DNA of 64,000 nt, taken from IMG/VR virus record IMGVR_UViG_3300020438_004435; one strand, 5' to 3'. How positions within the stretch are numbered: the stretch's first letter is position 1; every line of letters starts with the position of its first letter. Source of the DNA: a virus. The notes beneath the pieces are model-generated. The model was not told where the DNA came from, ran no database searches, and saw nothing but the letters and a program-made list of their open reading frames with translations. The position numbers and the translations under genes are program-made. Below are positions 19,471 through 29,003 of this stretch, piece after piece.

Positions 19471-20807
19471 TACAGCTTATATTTAATACCAAATGTTGTT
19501 TTATAATCCTGCACACCATAATAATTTGATATTTCTCCTGATATTGCAAAACTAAATTTCTTACCTAATTTTATTCCAGCCTCTAAACCGCCATCATATT
19601 CAAAAACATTATCTGTTGGTGCCCAATCGGCTTCCATACCAAATGCTTTTATTTCCTCACCATTACCAGAGGTTATCGTTTTAATTGATGGAACCTTTAG
19701 GTCTGTTTGTTGTGGATAAAAATTTACCCAAACATTAAAGAAATAATATTCAGATTCATTAAATACATCTAATCCTATAACTGGTGAGCCTGTGTATGCC
19801 CATAATCTTCTTTTAGCATTATATTCATTTGTAATATATGGTTCGGCTAATACAGGGTTTAATATTTCCGTATAAGTTCCTACTAATTCATCATTAGCCC
19901 ATTCTCCATTATTATCAAAATCATAAAATACATTTTGTGCGGCTGATGTAGTATCCCAATATGTATTTTCAAAGAATCCTATAAATTCATCAGTATAAGC
20001 CGCCCAAGGTGTTGCTCTAACATTATATCCTACTGTAAGATTGACATTATTATTAACCCTATACATTAATCTAATACCACTCTTTGCAAATTCCTGATTG
20101 GATCCATAATCTTCAATTAAAGCATTTACTCTATTTTTATGATCCGCTTCTATCCAAAATCCATAACGAGTAAAGATTTTAGTATATCTTATATATTGCC
20201 TTGATTCCGAGTATTCCCTTCCATCATTTCGAATCCAATCCCATGTAATTTTATATTCCATGCCTTGTTTATTGAAAGCATATGAATCCTTTGATTCATC
20301 CTTTTTCAATTCTTCATCATCTCTACCAAATAAATTCTGAGGACATGTAACACATTGATCGGATGCTTTTTTCTTTATACCAAATGAATATACATAATCA
20401 TCTGGAATAGATAGGTCGGCAAAATCCTTAGGCCTAGACATAAACCCACCGAATTGTAATTCAATTGATTCAAATAAATTTGTCTTCCCCCACTTTATAA
20501 TATCCTCAGTACTAATATCCCTTAAATTTATACTATCCCATCTAACCTCTTTACGAATATCTGCAAAAGAAAAGGTTAATTTTGTTTGCAATCCAAGTGT
20601 GTCGGTTTTTTTTCTTTCTCTTTCACAAGCCATATAATTTTTCCAATCAGTAATAAAGGAAGATATTTCTGGAGACATAATATAGTCCCCAGAATACTTA
20701 TATACCTTTTTATCCCAATTAGGAAAGATTGGTTTTTCACATACTACCTGTGAAGATACAACCTGCGCCAATAGAATGAATAATAATATTAATACCGTTT
20801 TTTTCAT
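19470..20807 (-). CDS. Secreted protein, probable outer-membrane beta-barrel
   Basis: MKKTVLILLFILLAQVVSSQ signal; alternating-pattern strands; C-terminal YKTTFGIKYKL resembles a beta-signal. Confidence 0.55.
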   Translation of the reverse strand: MKKTVLILLFILLAQVVSSQVVCEKPIFPNWDKKVYKYSGDYIMSPEISSFITDWKNYMACERERKKTDTLGLQTKLTFSFADIRKEVRWDSINLRDISTEDIIKWGKTNLFESIELQFGGFMSRPKDFADLSIPDDYVYSFGIKKKASDQCVTCPQNLFGRDDEELKKDESKDSYAFNKQGMEYKITWDWIRNDGREYSESRQYIRYTKIFTRYGFWIEADHKNRVNALIEDYGSNQEFAKSGIRLMYRVNNNVNLTVGYNVRATPWAAYTDEFIGFFENTYWDTTSAAQNVFYDFDNNGEWANDELVGTYTEILNPVLAEPYITNEYNAKRRLWAYTGSPVIGLDVFNESEYYFFNVWVNFYPQQTDLKVPSIKTITSGNGEEIKAFGMEADWAPTDNVFEYDGGLEAGIKLGKKFSFAISGEISNYYGVQDYKTTFGIKYKL

Positions 20808-20812
20808 TTATC

Positions 20813-20977
20813 TTACAATTTGCAATCGCGTCTGCAATATGCTAAATATGCTGCAGCTGCTAGTGCTGGCAATGCAACTATCCAATCACCTTTAGCTAAT
20901 TCCCAACCTGCAAATAATGCTACAGCGTATCCACCATAACAATTTGCATAACATTTTACTTTGTCTAAAATTTCCAT
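20813..20977 (-). CDS. 54-aa hydrophobic membrane protein (below the ORF-track cutoff)
   Basis: MEILDKVKCYANCYGGYAVALFAGWELAKGDWIVALPALAAAAYLAYCRRDCKL; GGAG upstream; fills the gap. Confidence 0.7.
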   Translation of the reverse strand: MEILDKVKCYANCYGGYAVALFAGWELAKGDWIVALPALAAAAYLAYCRRDCKL

Positions 20978-20989
20978 TTGATTCTCCGT

Positions 20990-21367
20990 TTATTTAATTA
21001 TGTCGTGACCACCGAGCGTTTTTAATTTAAGGTCTATTGCTTTGAACTCTACGTCAATTTCTTTTGTAATATCAAATACTTTTTTTTCTAGAGTGTTAAT
21101 TGTTTTAATTTTTTTATCTAATCTTTGTTCTACCGTCTCAATCTCCAGTTGTAATTTATCTTCTAGAGTTACGAATTTATCTAAAACCATTGCTGTTTCT
21201 TCTTCAAAAGCTTCATCAAATATTTTTTGTTTTTCCTCGAATATATGGATTTGATTTTTCATTGCATTAAATTCTCCATATATAATACCTAAGGTAAATA
21301 CAAATCCAATAAGGGTAATCCACATTTGTGGATCTATTTTTTCTAAATAGCTTTTTGTTACAGGCAT
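20990..21367 (-). CDS. Single-TM coiled-coil protein
   Basis: WITLIGFVFTLGIIY helix followed by a heptad-rich charged region. Confidence 0.55.
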   Translation of the reverse strand: MPVTKSYLEKIDPQMWITLIGFVFTLGIIYGEFNAMKNQIHIFEEKQKIFDEAFEEETAMVLDKFVTLEDKLQLEIETVEQRLDKKIKTINTLEKKVFDITKEIDVEFKAIDLKLKTLGGHDIIK

Positions 21368-21368
21368 T

Positions 21369-21956
21369 TTATCTCTCCAACGTTATTTCTCTGTACTGGT
21401 AATGAGCTCCAGTTAGTTCTAATTCATCGTCATAACGTCTTATATTTTCAAGTACCCACTTGTTATAAGTTTTATATGTAGTTGTCCACTCTTCTGTATC
21501 TAACCCTAAATAATATGTAGCTGGAACATATACATAATCATAAGGTGTTGTATTGCAAAGTGGTTTTTCTGCTTTCCAATTCCATCCTAGAATGGATGAA
21601 TCTTGTAGTGTTGAGTTGTGATTATTACCCCATCTCATATTGGATGGATATCCTTCTGCACGTGTTCCGTATATTAAATCAAATTCTGCTGCACCATTAA
21701 ATATTACGGTTCCAATATCAAATGTAGAATCATTAACATATTCCACCCAGGCAGATACATCTAATCTGAATCCTTCCTCTAATAAATAAAATTTAGTGAT
21801 ATTCCATTCACCTGCAATCTCAGTAGGATCTACTGCCTCTGGTAAAGTAAATGGCTCTACAGGTTCTTTTTCACATGATACTACTAATAGTGTCCAAAAT
21901 ATAACCAGTATAGCCAGATAAATTTTATTAAGATTTGATTTGACAAACATTTGCAT
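21369..21956 (-). CDS. Lipoprotein, Bacteroidota style (lipocalin-like start)
   Basis: LAILVIFWTLLVVS-C-EKE lipobox followed by IAGEWNITK. Confidence 0.65.
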   Translation of the reverse strand: MQMFVKSNLNKIYLAILVIFWTLLVVSCEKEPVEPFTLPEAVDPTEIAGEWNITKFYLLEEGFRLDVSAWVEYVNDSTFDIGTVIFNGAAEFDLIYGTRAEGYPSNMRWGNNHNSTLQDSSILGWNWKAEKPLCNTTPYDYVYVPATYYLGLDTEEWTTTYKTYNKWVLENIRRYDDELELTGAHYQYREITLER

Positions 21957-21968
21957 ATAAATAACTTT

Positions 21969-22487
21969 TTATCTTTTACGGTTGATGATTTCCATCATAT
22001 GCATCTTTACAAATGCTATATCTCTTGTCATATCCGTCATTGGTGTCATATTTGCTCCCGTACAACCTAATTCATATGCAAATAAAGCTACATTATCAAT
22101 TGATGTTTCTATTTGTTCTGGAGCTGCTGAATCTTCTTCTACTACATCCTTCTCTATACCAAAAACTATATCAAGAAATTTTGCTGCTTTAGCTGCATAT
22201 ACCTGAGCTAATTTATTTGAATTTTCTGGTGTTATTTTTTTGAATAATAATACAGCCGATTTGCATATATCAAAATGTTTTGTTTGATAACCAAATACTT
22301 CAATATTTTCTCCGCTTCCAAAATGACCTGGCTTATCACCTTCTTCTTGTTCATTCATTCTTTTGCCATATGTATCAGTTACTGCGAATGGAGGATTATC
22401 CTTCATTGTATTAACGGCTCCTATTCTTCCACCGTTTACACGCATCATTTTTTCACTTAATAAGTCTTTTAATTTTAATCTTTTCAT
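21969..22487 (-). CDS. Hypothetical protein with LKLKDLLSE leader
   Basis: Leader motif; GYQTKHFDICKSA module. Confidence 0.5.
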   Translation of the reverse strand: MKRLKLKDLLSEKMMRVNGGRIGAVNTMKDNPPFAVTDTYGKRMNEQEEGDKPGHFGSGENIEVFGYQTKHFDICKSAVLLFKKITPENSNKLAQVYAAKAAKFLDIVFGIEKDVVEEDSAAPEQIETSIDNVALFAYELGCTGANMTPMTDMTRDIAFVKMHMMEIINRKR

Positions 22488-22506
22488 TTTATTTCCCTTT
22501 TAATAA

Positions 22507-22917
22507 TTAGGATGCCTTTCCAATAACGTTTACTCTTTTAAGAGCTGCTAGAAATTTATCTGTATCTACATAAGCCTCACCAATGTCTTTTGTTTTCATA
22601 GAAACTCCCTTACCTGCATAAGGTTCTGTTAATTTATCAACATATAAATGTGTAACATTAACTTCCTTATCTCTTAAATAAAGTTGTCTTTGGTGTAGCT
22701 TAAATTGTCCTTCCTTTGTTTCAATAACGTGATATTGCACATGAACAAACATTTTACCACCTTCAAAAGATTTAATTCTAGCTAATGCTTTTCTATCTGG
22801 AGCTACTCCTCTGAATCCTATTTTATTTAATATACTACCTACAGCACTTGGATTAACTTCACGATCTACCTGGAAATTCATTGATGTAAATTCTTTTAAC
22901 AATTGTTTTAATTTCAT
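22507..22917 (-). CDS. Hypothetical protein with MKLKQLLKE leader
   Basis: Leader motif; GAGG upstream. Confidence 0.55.
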   Translation of the reverse strand: MKLKQLLKEFTSMNFQVDREVNPSAVGSILNKIGFRGVAPDRKALARIKSFEGGKMFVHVQYHVIETKEGQFKLHQRQLYLRDKEVNVTHLYVDKLTEPYAGKGVSMKTKDIGEAYVDTDKFLAALKRVNVIGKAS

Positions 22918-22930
22918 AATTATCTACCTC

Positions 22931-23290
22931 TTATGGTTTAGTTGCCGCTGTTTGGCTCATTAATACGGTTGCCGAGCAACCATTGGTAGTAACTTCCTGT
23001 ATCGAAAATTCGTACAGTGATCCTGATGTAGCATTAAATCCTTCTGATGGATCTAAATTTATTGAACCACTGCCGGTTAATGTTACTATCGTTCCTGGTC
23101 CTGTTGTTCCTGAATCACCAACCATATTATGAAATATGATTCCACCTGCTCCAGCCATTGAGCCTGTAAACGCTACTGTATGGCCTGCTTGTATGTGATG
23201 TGCTTTTATCCATTTTCCAGGATGGTACATTATATTGCTAAATAGGCTAGCCGTTGGGTTTACTGGTGCGCTATATCCTTCATATGACAT
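22931..23290 (-). CDS. Gly/Thr/Ser-rich small protein, possibly structural
   Basis: Composition; AGGAG upstream. Confidence 0.45.
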   Translation of the reverse strand: MSYEGYSAPVNPTASLFSNIMYHPGKWIKAHHIQAGHTVAFTGSMAGAGGIIFHNMVGDSGTTGPGTIVTLTGSGSINLDPSEGFNATSGSLYEFSIQEVTTNGCSATVLMSQTAATKP

Positions 23291-23293
23291 AAT

Positions 23294-24145
23294 TTATTCT
23301 CCTAATTCTTTTATCATTTCTATTACTGCAGGTTGTGGAGATACATCAAATTTATCCGGTCTGACATTTGTATGAGTCCATACGCCTTCAGCTCCTGCTA
23401 ATGCTTGTTTATTTAATTCAAATGCTTTACCTTTTAATGCTTCCTTATAGGAATCTATAGCATAATTTGTATTACTCGTTGATCCTCCTGCTAATCCATC
23501 CTCTGTTAATGCTTTACCATTACCACCAATGTATCCTTGAACATTAAGCCATTTTTGTTGACCAAGTGTATCCAATCCTTCTGGCATAATAGATGGTCCA
23601 TCTAATAACATTTTCATGCCTTTGGATAAATCTATATTAAAATCCTTACCTAATTTGGTAACCAGATCTTTGGTTGCTTGTATTTGTGCTGGAGTATATG
23701 CATGATAGTATCTGAATCCTCTAAATTCGTATCCAAGATCTACTACATCTGCTGCTGGTACCTTGCTATTTACATAAGTAAAATATTCGTCATCCTTCTT
23801 AGTAAGAGGCCCATAATTACAAATTTCTATACCAATACTTTCCTGATTTAGTTTTTTATTATTTCTAGCCTTTATTCCTAAATGGTGTGCCCACTTTTCT
23901 GGTGGATGGCATTCAACAACTACTCCATCAAAATCAGTGTTTGCGTTTCGAGTGGATTTACCACCTATTACATAAGCGGTTGCGATGTGACGAACTCCAC
24001 CTGAACCTGTTTTGTCTCTTTCCCATGAAGCTACTACCCAATCAGGTCTATGAGAACCTGCTGTATGATGTATGTAAATTGTCTTTTTAGTTACAACGTC
24101 GTGGTAATATTCTTCGTTTTCAAGATATTGTTTCTTTATATCCAT
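23294..24145 (-). CDS. N-acetylmuramoyl-L-alanine amidase (Amidase_2), probable endolysin with a peptidoglycan-binding insert
   Basis: IYIHHTAG...AYVIGG...WAHHLG...SIGIEICNYG...GVWTHTNVRPDKFDVSP; insert QKWLNVQGY...LTEDGLAG. Confidence 0.85.
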   Translation of the reverse strand: MDIKKQYLENEEYYHDVVTKKTIYIHHTAGSHRPDWVVASWERDKTGSGGVRHIATAYVIGGKSTRNANTDFDGVVVECHPPEKWAHHLGIKARNNKKLNQESIGIEICNYGPLTKKDDEYFTYVNSKVPAADVVDLGYEFRGFRYYHAYTPAQIQATKDLVTKLGKDFNIDLSKGMKMLLDGPSIMPEGLDTLGQQKWLNVQGYIGGNGKALTEDGLAGGSTSNTNYAIDSYKEALKGKAFELNKQALAGAEGVWTHTNVRPDKFDVSPQPAVIEMIKELGE

Positions 24146-24184
24146 AAGTCTTCCTTATCTGTTTAGTATATAATGTATTTTCGC

Positions 24185-24196
24185 TATAAATAAATA
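24185..24196 (-). promoter_or_regulatory. Candidate late promoter (minus strand TATTTATTTATA) ahead of the endolysin/late region
   Basis: Intergenic, about 40 nt upstream of the endolysin ATG, at the border between glycosylation and late genes. Confidence 0.35.
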
Positions 24197-24199
24197 TCA

Positions 24200-24234
24200 A
24201 AAACCAATGAAAAACAGTCTTTTTTTATGGTTTT
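24200..24234 (-). terminator. Weak imperfect hairpin (AAAACCA...TGGTTTT) at the module boundary
   Basis: 7-bp outer arms plus an A5/T5 inner stem around the stop at 24225; AT-rich and unstable. Confidence 0.2.
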
Positions 24235-24404
24235 ATAATGGTTATATCATCTAATGATACCCAAAATAACCTACCCATTTCATCAATTACTCGCGCTTTA
24301 TTATCACTTTCATTAATTTCATCTATTATAACGGATGATTGTTTATATAATGCTCCATTAACTGATATAATGGTTTTATTTATAATTGCTTTAGTTCTAT
24401 CCAT
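24225..24404 (-). CDS. 59-aa hypothetical protein (below the ORF-track cutoff)
   Basis: MDRTKAIINKTIISVNGALYKQSSVIIDEINESDNKARVIDEMGRLFWVSLDDITIIKP; overlaps the upstream stop. Confidence 0.65.
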   Translation of the reverse strand: MDRTKAIINKTIISVNGALYKQSSVIIDEINESDNKARVIDEMGRLFWVSLDDITIIKP

Positions 24405-24636
24405 TTGACCTCACTTTCAAATTTTTAATACGATCTAAAAATTCCGATATGGAAATGGTTTCATTTTTATCTGTACGTATCTCTATGTCGGGTAATTTAT
24501 CTGGTTCTCTATCTACTATCCTCATTAAAGCGGTTAATCCTTGATCACCCCAAAATACACCAAATCCATTATCAGATCCTATTGATAGATATTCATCCGG
24601 TCTATCTGGTTTAAGTAAAAAATATTCTATATTCAT
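24397..24636 (-). CDS. Hypothetical protein
   Basis: 79 aa, ATGA-coupled to the upstream gene. Confidence 0.6.
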   Translation of the reverse strand: MNIEYFLLKPDRPDEYLSIGSDNGFGVFWGDQGLTALMRIVDREPDKLPDIEIRTDKNETISISEFLDRIKNLKVRSNG

Positions 24637-25904
24637 TTTATTAAATCTACCATTTCTAAATCTTTTGCAGCTTCTAAAATTGAATGAAAATCAGTATCAC
24701 ATTTATTTGATATATCAATCAATGAATGTTCACCATCGGAATAATTTAATATCCATTTGTATAGTGATATCTTTCCATCTCTTTTACCTGCTCCCATTAA
24801 ATCATACAATCCTCTATTACCTAAATTAGGTTCGCATTTAGGATTTGTATTATAATACTTTTTATTATATTCCAAGTAAAATATAATTTCCTTTAATACA
24901 TCAAATGATTCATCCATTGATTCAATATCAATAAAATCTAAATTATCAGCTGATGTATGATATTCTTCAAACTCACCATAAGGTGTTCGTGTTAAACATC
25001 CTATAGGTAAATTAATACCTGGTGAACAATATTGCCTTTCATCACTTCCTAAGGGCGCAAATTCTCTTAATTTATGTGGAACATTAGCATCATCAAATAC
25101 CTTCTTCACTACACTATCTATCATGGTATTAGATTGGCGACTAGGTTTATATTGTAAAATGCCTTTATCACCAATGCATGTAGCTACTAAGCCACCTTTA
25201 ATATTATCAAATTTATTTTCATTCATTGATAACCACGTTATTGCTCCAATTGTTTCTGGTATGAATAAAAATCTATATGAATAATAGGTATCCTCGGTTG
25301 ATAATTCTTTTGCTATTGCTGATAGTAAAGCTGGTCCTGATAAATTATCATTAGCCATTGATGGATGACAAATATATGAACTTAATAATATTTCATCCTT
25401 TACCTTACCTGGCTTGTATAATTCACCATATGTCAAATGCCCATCAGTTAATGATGAATCAATAACTATATGATATACTCCATTATTTGTTATACCATTA
25501 AGAATTTCTATTTCCTCCAGATTATTATGTGATATACAAAACCCCCAATCTTCATTATAATATGATGTTCTATAAGGAATTAAATCAGGTTTATCAGGAA
25601 TGGTATGAATAGACTTTTTCAATTCATTCCAATCCATTGTACAATTTACTGGTATACTATAATTTACTAAATGCAAATTATTTATTTTGAAATCAATTAT
25701 TCTATTTCCCTGATTATCTTTTACGTATGCATCCTTTATATTCCATTCTTTAGGAATCTTCCAATCATATACTTGGGTTCCTGATGGTATTTCAATAATA
25801 TCAAGATCAGGAATATATTCCTTTATAATATTTAAGGATTCTCTAACTCCATTACCTGTAATACTTCTACATATTGGAAATAATTTTTTAATTAATTCTA
25901 TCAT
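24633..25904 (-). CDS. DUF4910-family aminopeptidase-like protein associated with polysaccharide loci
   Basis: LFPICRSITGNGVR..VYDWKIPKEW..YICHPSMANDNLSGP..PETIG..GSDERQYCSPG..EYHTSADN; C-terminal winged-helix-like region. Confidence 0.85.
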   Translation of the reverse strand: MIELIKKLFPICRSITGNGVRESLNIIKEYIPDLDIIEIPSGTQVYDWKIPKEWNIKDAYVKDNQGNRIIDFKINNLHLVNYSIPVNCTMDWNELKKSIHTIPDKPDLIPYRTSYYNEDWGFCISHNNLEEIEILNGITNNGVYHIVIDSSLTDGHLTYGELYKPGKVKDEILLSSYICHPSMANDNLSGPALLSAIAKELSTEDTYYSYRFLFIPETIGAITWLSMNENKFDNIKGGLVATCIGDKGILQYKPSRQSNTMIDSVVKKVFDDANVPHKLREFAPLGSDERQYCSPGINLPIGCLTRTPYGEFEEYHTSADNLDFIDIESMDESFDVLKEIIFYLEYNKKYYNTNPKCEPNLGNRGLYDLMGAGKRDGKISLYKWILNYSDGEHSLIDISNKCDTDFHSILEAAKDLEMVDLIK

Positions 25905-26560
25905 TGTTTTTCAAATATCAAATCCATACTGTTTTTCCAAAAGGGAAATTTAGTATTCATTCCTAATATTTTAAGTAAAAATTTAATATGATCCAATAAC
26001 GGATTACTATATGGCGATTTAATATATGGATATCTTTTTTCAACCAATTTGAAACCTATATTCTCCATTGCATTAATAAGCCACTTATCACTAGGAATAT
26101 AATAATTTGTTGAAGGAAAGTCTAAAAATGGTAGTGTATTCCATAATTTGAAATAAATACTACTAGAATTAGGAGTTGCTAAAAATGCTACCTTGCCTCC
26201 TTTTTTTAATGATGTATATGTTTTTTTAAGATATAAAAAAGGAGTATCTATATGTTGTATAGTACCTCTATATGTTATAATATCAAAATAATTTCTTGAA
26301 TTAAAAATATCTTTTGTAAATTTAATTCCAATCTTCTTTGCCTTGGTCTTTGCATATCTGGATATTTCCATTCCATAACAAGGACCATCCCAATCAAAAG
26401 CTTCAATCATTTCACCAGTAGAACATCCTATATCTAATAATCTTCCTGATGAAACATGATTTTTAATAAATTTAGATTCGGAGTTAAATGCTTTTACTCT
26501 TTTACTATCATTCAAAAATCTATTATTAAAATAACCTCTATCAAATACTTTCTTATTCAT
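25901..26560 (-). CDS. Class I SAM-dependent methyltransferase
   Basis: LLDIGCSTG motif I, GMEIS, FDIITYRGTIQH. Confidence 0.85.
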   Translation of the reverse strand: MNKKVFDRGYFNNRFLNDSKRVKAFNSESKFIKNHVSSGRLLDIGCSTGEMIEAFDWDGPCYGMEISRYAKTKAKKIGIKFTKDIFNSRNYFDIITYRGTIQHIDTPFLYLKKTYTSLKKGGKVAFLATPNSSSIYFKLWNTLPFLDFPSTNYYIPSDKWLINAMENIGFKLVEKRYPYIKSPYSNPLLDHIKFLLKILGMNTKFPFWKNSMDLIFEKQ

Positions 26561-27416
26561 CGATTATTGCTCTACCTTTTAATTGTTCCCAATCCTTTTC
26601 AGGTCTAACATTAAGATTTGTATTCCATGCGCCTTTAAGTGTATTTAATTCTACACCCAATTCATCTCCAAATTGTAATAATGCCTGAACATCTTTAGGA
26701 AAACAGCTGCCACCAAATCCTCTCCTACCATCTGGACCAGGCACTGCTAAATGCGAATGACCTATTCTACCATCACCTACAAATCCATCTATAGCAGTAT
26801 CCCATTCTACTCCACATTTGCCTGCTATATCATACATTTCATTCATAAAAGATACTTTTGTTGCAAAGAAGCAATTATTCATATACTTAATCATTTCTGC
26901 AGTTTGGGTATTTGTTTCTATAATTGATAATGCTTCACCAAATCTTGCTCTATATAAATTAGCTACTTTCTCGGTTGCATCCATATGACCACCTAATATA
27001 ACCCTTGCTTGATTTATAAAATCAAATTTAGCTGATCTTTCTGTTAAAAATTCAGGATTAAATACCAATGATAAATTAGGAAATTTAGCTTGAAGGCCTT
27101 TAGTTGTTCCTGGAGTTACCGTTGAACGAATTAGTATTACATTATCTCTTCCATTATGTACTGAATCAATATCCGATAATACTGATTCCAATATCCCTAT
27201 ATGTATACTACCATCTAAATTAGAAGGAGTTGGAACAGATAAAAATATAATATCGGATTTATTAATTGTTTCATCCAATGTATTTAATGATTTACTTTCA
27301 TCTTTATCATAAACCCTAACCGTAGCATCACAACCTGTCTGTGATCCAAAACCAAATCTTACTGCTGCTCCTACGAAGCCATTGCCTATTACACCTATAC
27401 TTGTATCTAATTTCAT
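26553..27416 (-). CDS. ugd: UDP-glucose/GDP-mannose dehydrogenase family, short form lacking the C-terminal domain
   Basis: IGNGFVG; FLSVPTP; RSTVTPG; FNPEFL; AEMIKY..N; GFGGSCFPKD. Confidence 0.85.
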   Translation of the reverse strand: MKLDTSIGVIGNGFVGAAVRFGFGSQTGCDATVRVYDKDESKSLNTLDETINKSDIIFLSVPTPSNLDGSIHIGILESVLSDIDSVHNGRDNVILIRSTVTPGTTKGLQAKFPNLSLVFNPEFLTERSAKFDFINQARVILGGHMDATEKVANLYRARFGEALSIIETNTQTAEMIKYMNNCFFATKVSFMNEMYDIAGKCGVEWDTAIDGFVGDGRIGHSHLAVPGPDGRRGFGGSCFPKDVQALLQFGDELGVELNTLKGAWNTNLNVRPEKDWEQLKGRAIIDE

Positions 27417-28321
27417 ATTCCTAATTCCCTTTTATATTCTGGCATCCAATCTTCTATCTTTTGCGTTGGTTCCCAATTTAATAACTCTTTTCCTTTTTTA
27501 ATATCAGCCAATGTTTCTTTTGGCTCTACTCTTGATTGTATATTAATCCTTCTACCACCTATCATTTCCGCAATTTGATTAACCGATCTATTATCTCCAT
27601 TGCCAACATTAATTACTTCACCTGATCCTACCTTATCACTAGTGGCTGCAGCTATATTTGCGTTGACTACATCTCCTACATATGTAAAGTCTCTTCTCTG
27701 TTCGCCATCACCAACTATTGTTAAATGTTCACCTGCTAATCTCTGTTTTGCAAATATACCCATCACTAAACAATATCCTCCATCTATATTTTGCCTTTCT
27801 CCATATACATTAAAATATCTTAAATTTACCGTTTCCAATCCATATTGAGTAGTAAATAATTTACAATACTCTTCACCCATTAATTTTGATAAACCATAAG
27901 GACTCATTGGATTTGTTGGCATTGATTCTACTAATGGCATGATATCTGATTCACCATAAGCTGAACTACTAGCACTGTATACAAAGCGTTTTACGCCTAC
28001 TTTAACGCTCGCTACGAGCATATTTAATGTTCCTGTTACATTTACTCGATGGTATAAACTTGGATTTTTTATTGATGGTTGAACACGAGTTCTTGATGCA
28101 ACATGAAATACTGTATCCACTCCAACCATAAATTTAGCTAATGTTCTAGGTCCCATGGTACTAATATCTATTTTATGGAAATGTGCTTGTGGATTAATAT
28201 TATCCTTTGAACCCATCGACATATCATCAAATATATGAACCTCCTTACCTTGTTCTATTAATTTATCAACCAAATGTGATCCTATAAATCCTGCTCCTCC
28301 CGTAACTACTACTTTTTCCAT
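27413..28321 (-). CDS. NAD-dependent epimerase/dehydratase
   Basis: VTGGAGFIGSHL; YSASSSAYG; YGLSK; LRYFNVYG. Confidence 0.9.
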   Translation of the reverse strand: MEKVVVTGGAGFIGSHLVDKLIEQGKEVHIFDDMSMGSKDNINPQAHFHKIDISTMGPRTLAKFMVGVDTVFHVASRTRVQPSIKNPSLYHRVNVTGTLNMLVASVKVGVKRFVYSASSSAYGESDIMPLVESMPTNPMSPYGLSKLMGEEYCKLFTTQYGLETVNLRYFNVYGERQNIDGGYCLVMGIFAKQRLAGEHLTIVGDGEQRRDFTYVGDVVNANIAAATSDKVGSGEVINVGNGDNRSVNQIAEMIGGRRINIQSRVEPKETLADIKKGKELLNWEPTQKIEDWMPEYKRELGI

Positions 28322-28322
28322 A

Positions 28323-29003
28323 TTAACCCTTTATTAATTTTTTATCGTATTTTTCTACTTCTATTGCATTATGTGTTCTATTAGTATCATGTATCCTATA
28401 TTTGTATAATGGTACTGGTAGATTATATAATGTATAACCTTCATCCTTATATCTTTGTAATAAATTATGACCTTCCCTCATTTTGAAATTTTCATCATAA
28501 AATCCTACATTGCATAATGATTCATATGTAAACATTATTCCACATGCAACAGGATCGCGTTCCCAATTATGTCTACTAATTACTGATCCTGTTTTGCTTA
28601 CCTTAAAATAATCACAAGCAACTGCTTGATAATCGGTATCGATATTATCCGCCTTTGGACTTGCTGCAAGATTTTGATCTAGGAATGTAGAAAGCATATA
28701 TAAAAAATCACTAGAAACATAATCATCACAATCTACCCTTACAAAATATTTACCTAATGCTGATTTTAATATCTTATTTAATGAGCCTGGTAATCCTATA
28801 TTAGATGCATTATTAATAATTCTAATATTGAGATGTTCCTTAAATGTATCACATATACAATCCAATCTTTCTGTAGGATCATCATTTACTATTACTACCT
28901 CAAATGTTGATTTATCAATTGTTTGATCACATAAGCTTCTTAGACATCTATGTAACCACTCTCCTTGCTTATAGCAACATATTCCTACTGTTATCTTAAA
29001 CAT
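28323..29003 (-). CDS. Glycosyltransferase family 2
   Basis: VGICCYKQ..EVVIVNDD..NIGLPGSLN..FVRVDCDD. Confidence 0.85.
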   Translation of the reverse strand: MFKITVGICCYKQGEWLHRCLRSLCDQTIDKSTFEVVIVNDDPTERLDCICDTFKEHLNIRIINNASNIGLPGSLNKILKSALGKYFVRVDCDDYVSSDFLYMLSTFLDQNLAASPKADNIDTDYQAVACDYFKVSKTGSVISRHNWERDPVACGIMFTYESLCNVGFYDENFKMREGHNLLQRYKDEGYTLYNLPVPLYKYRIHDTNRTHNAIEVEKYDKKLIKG

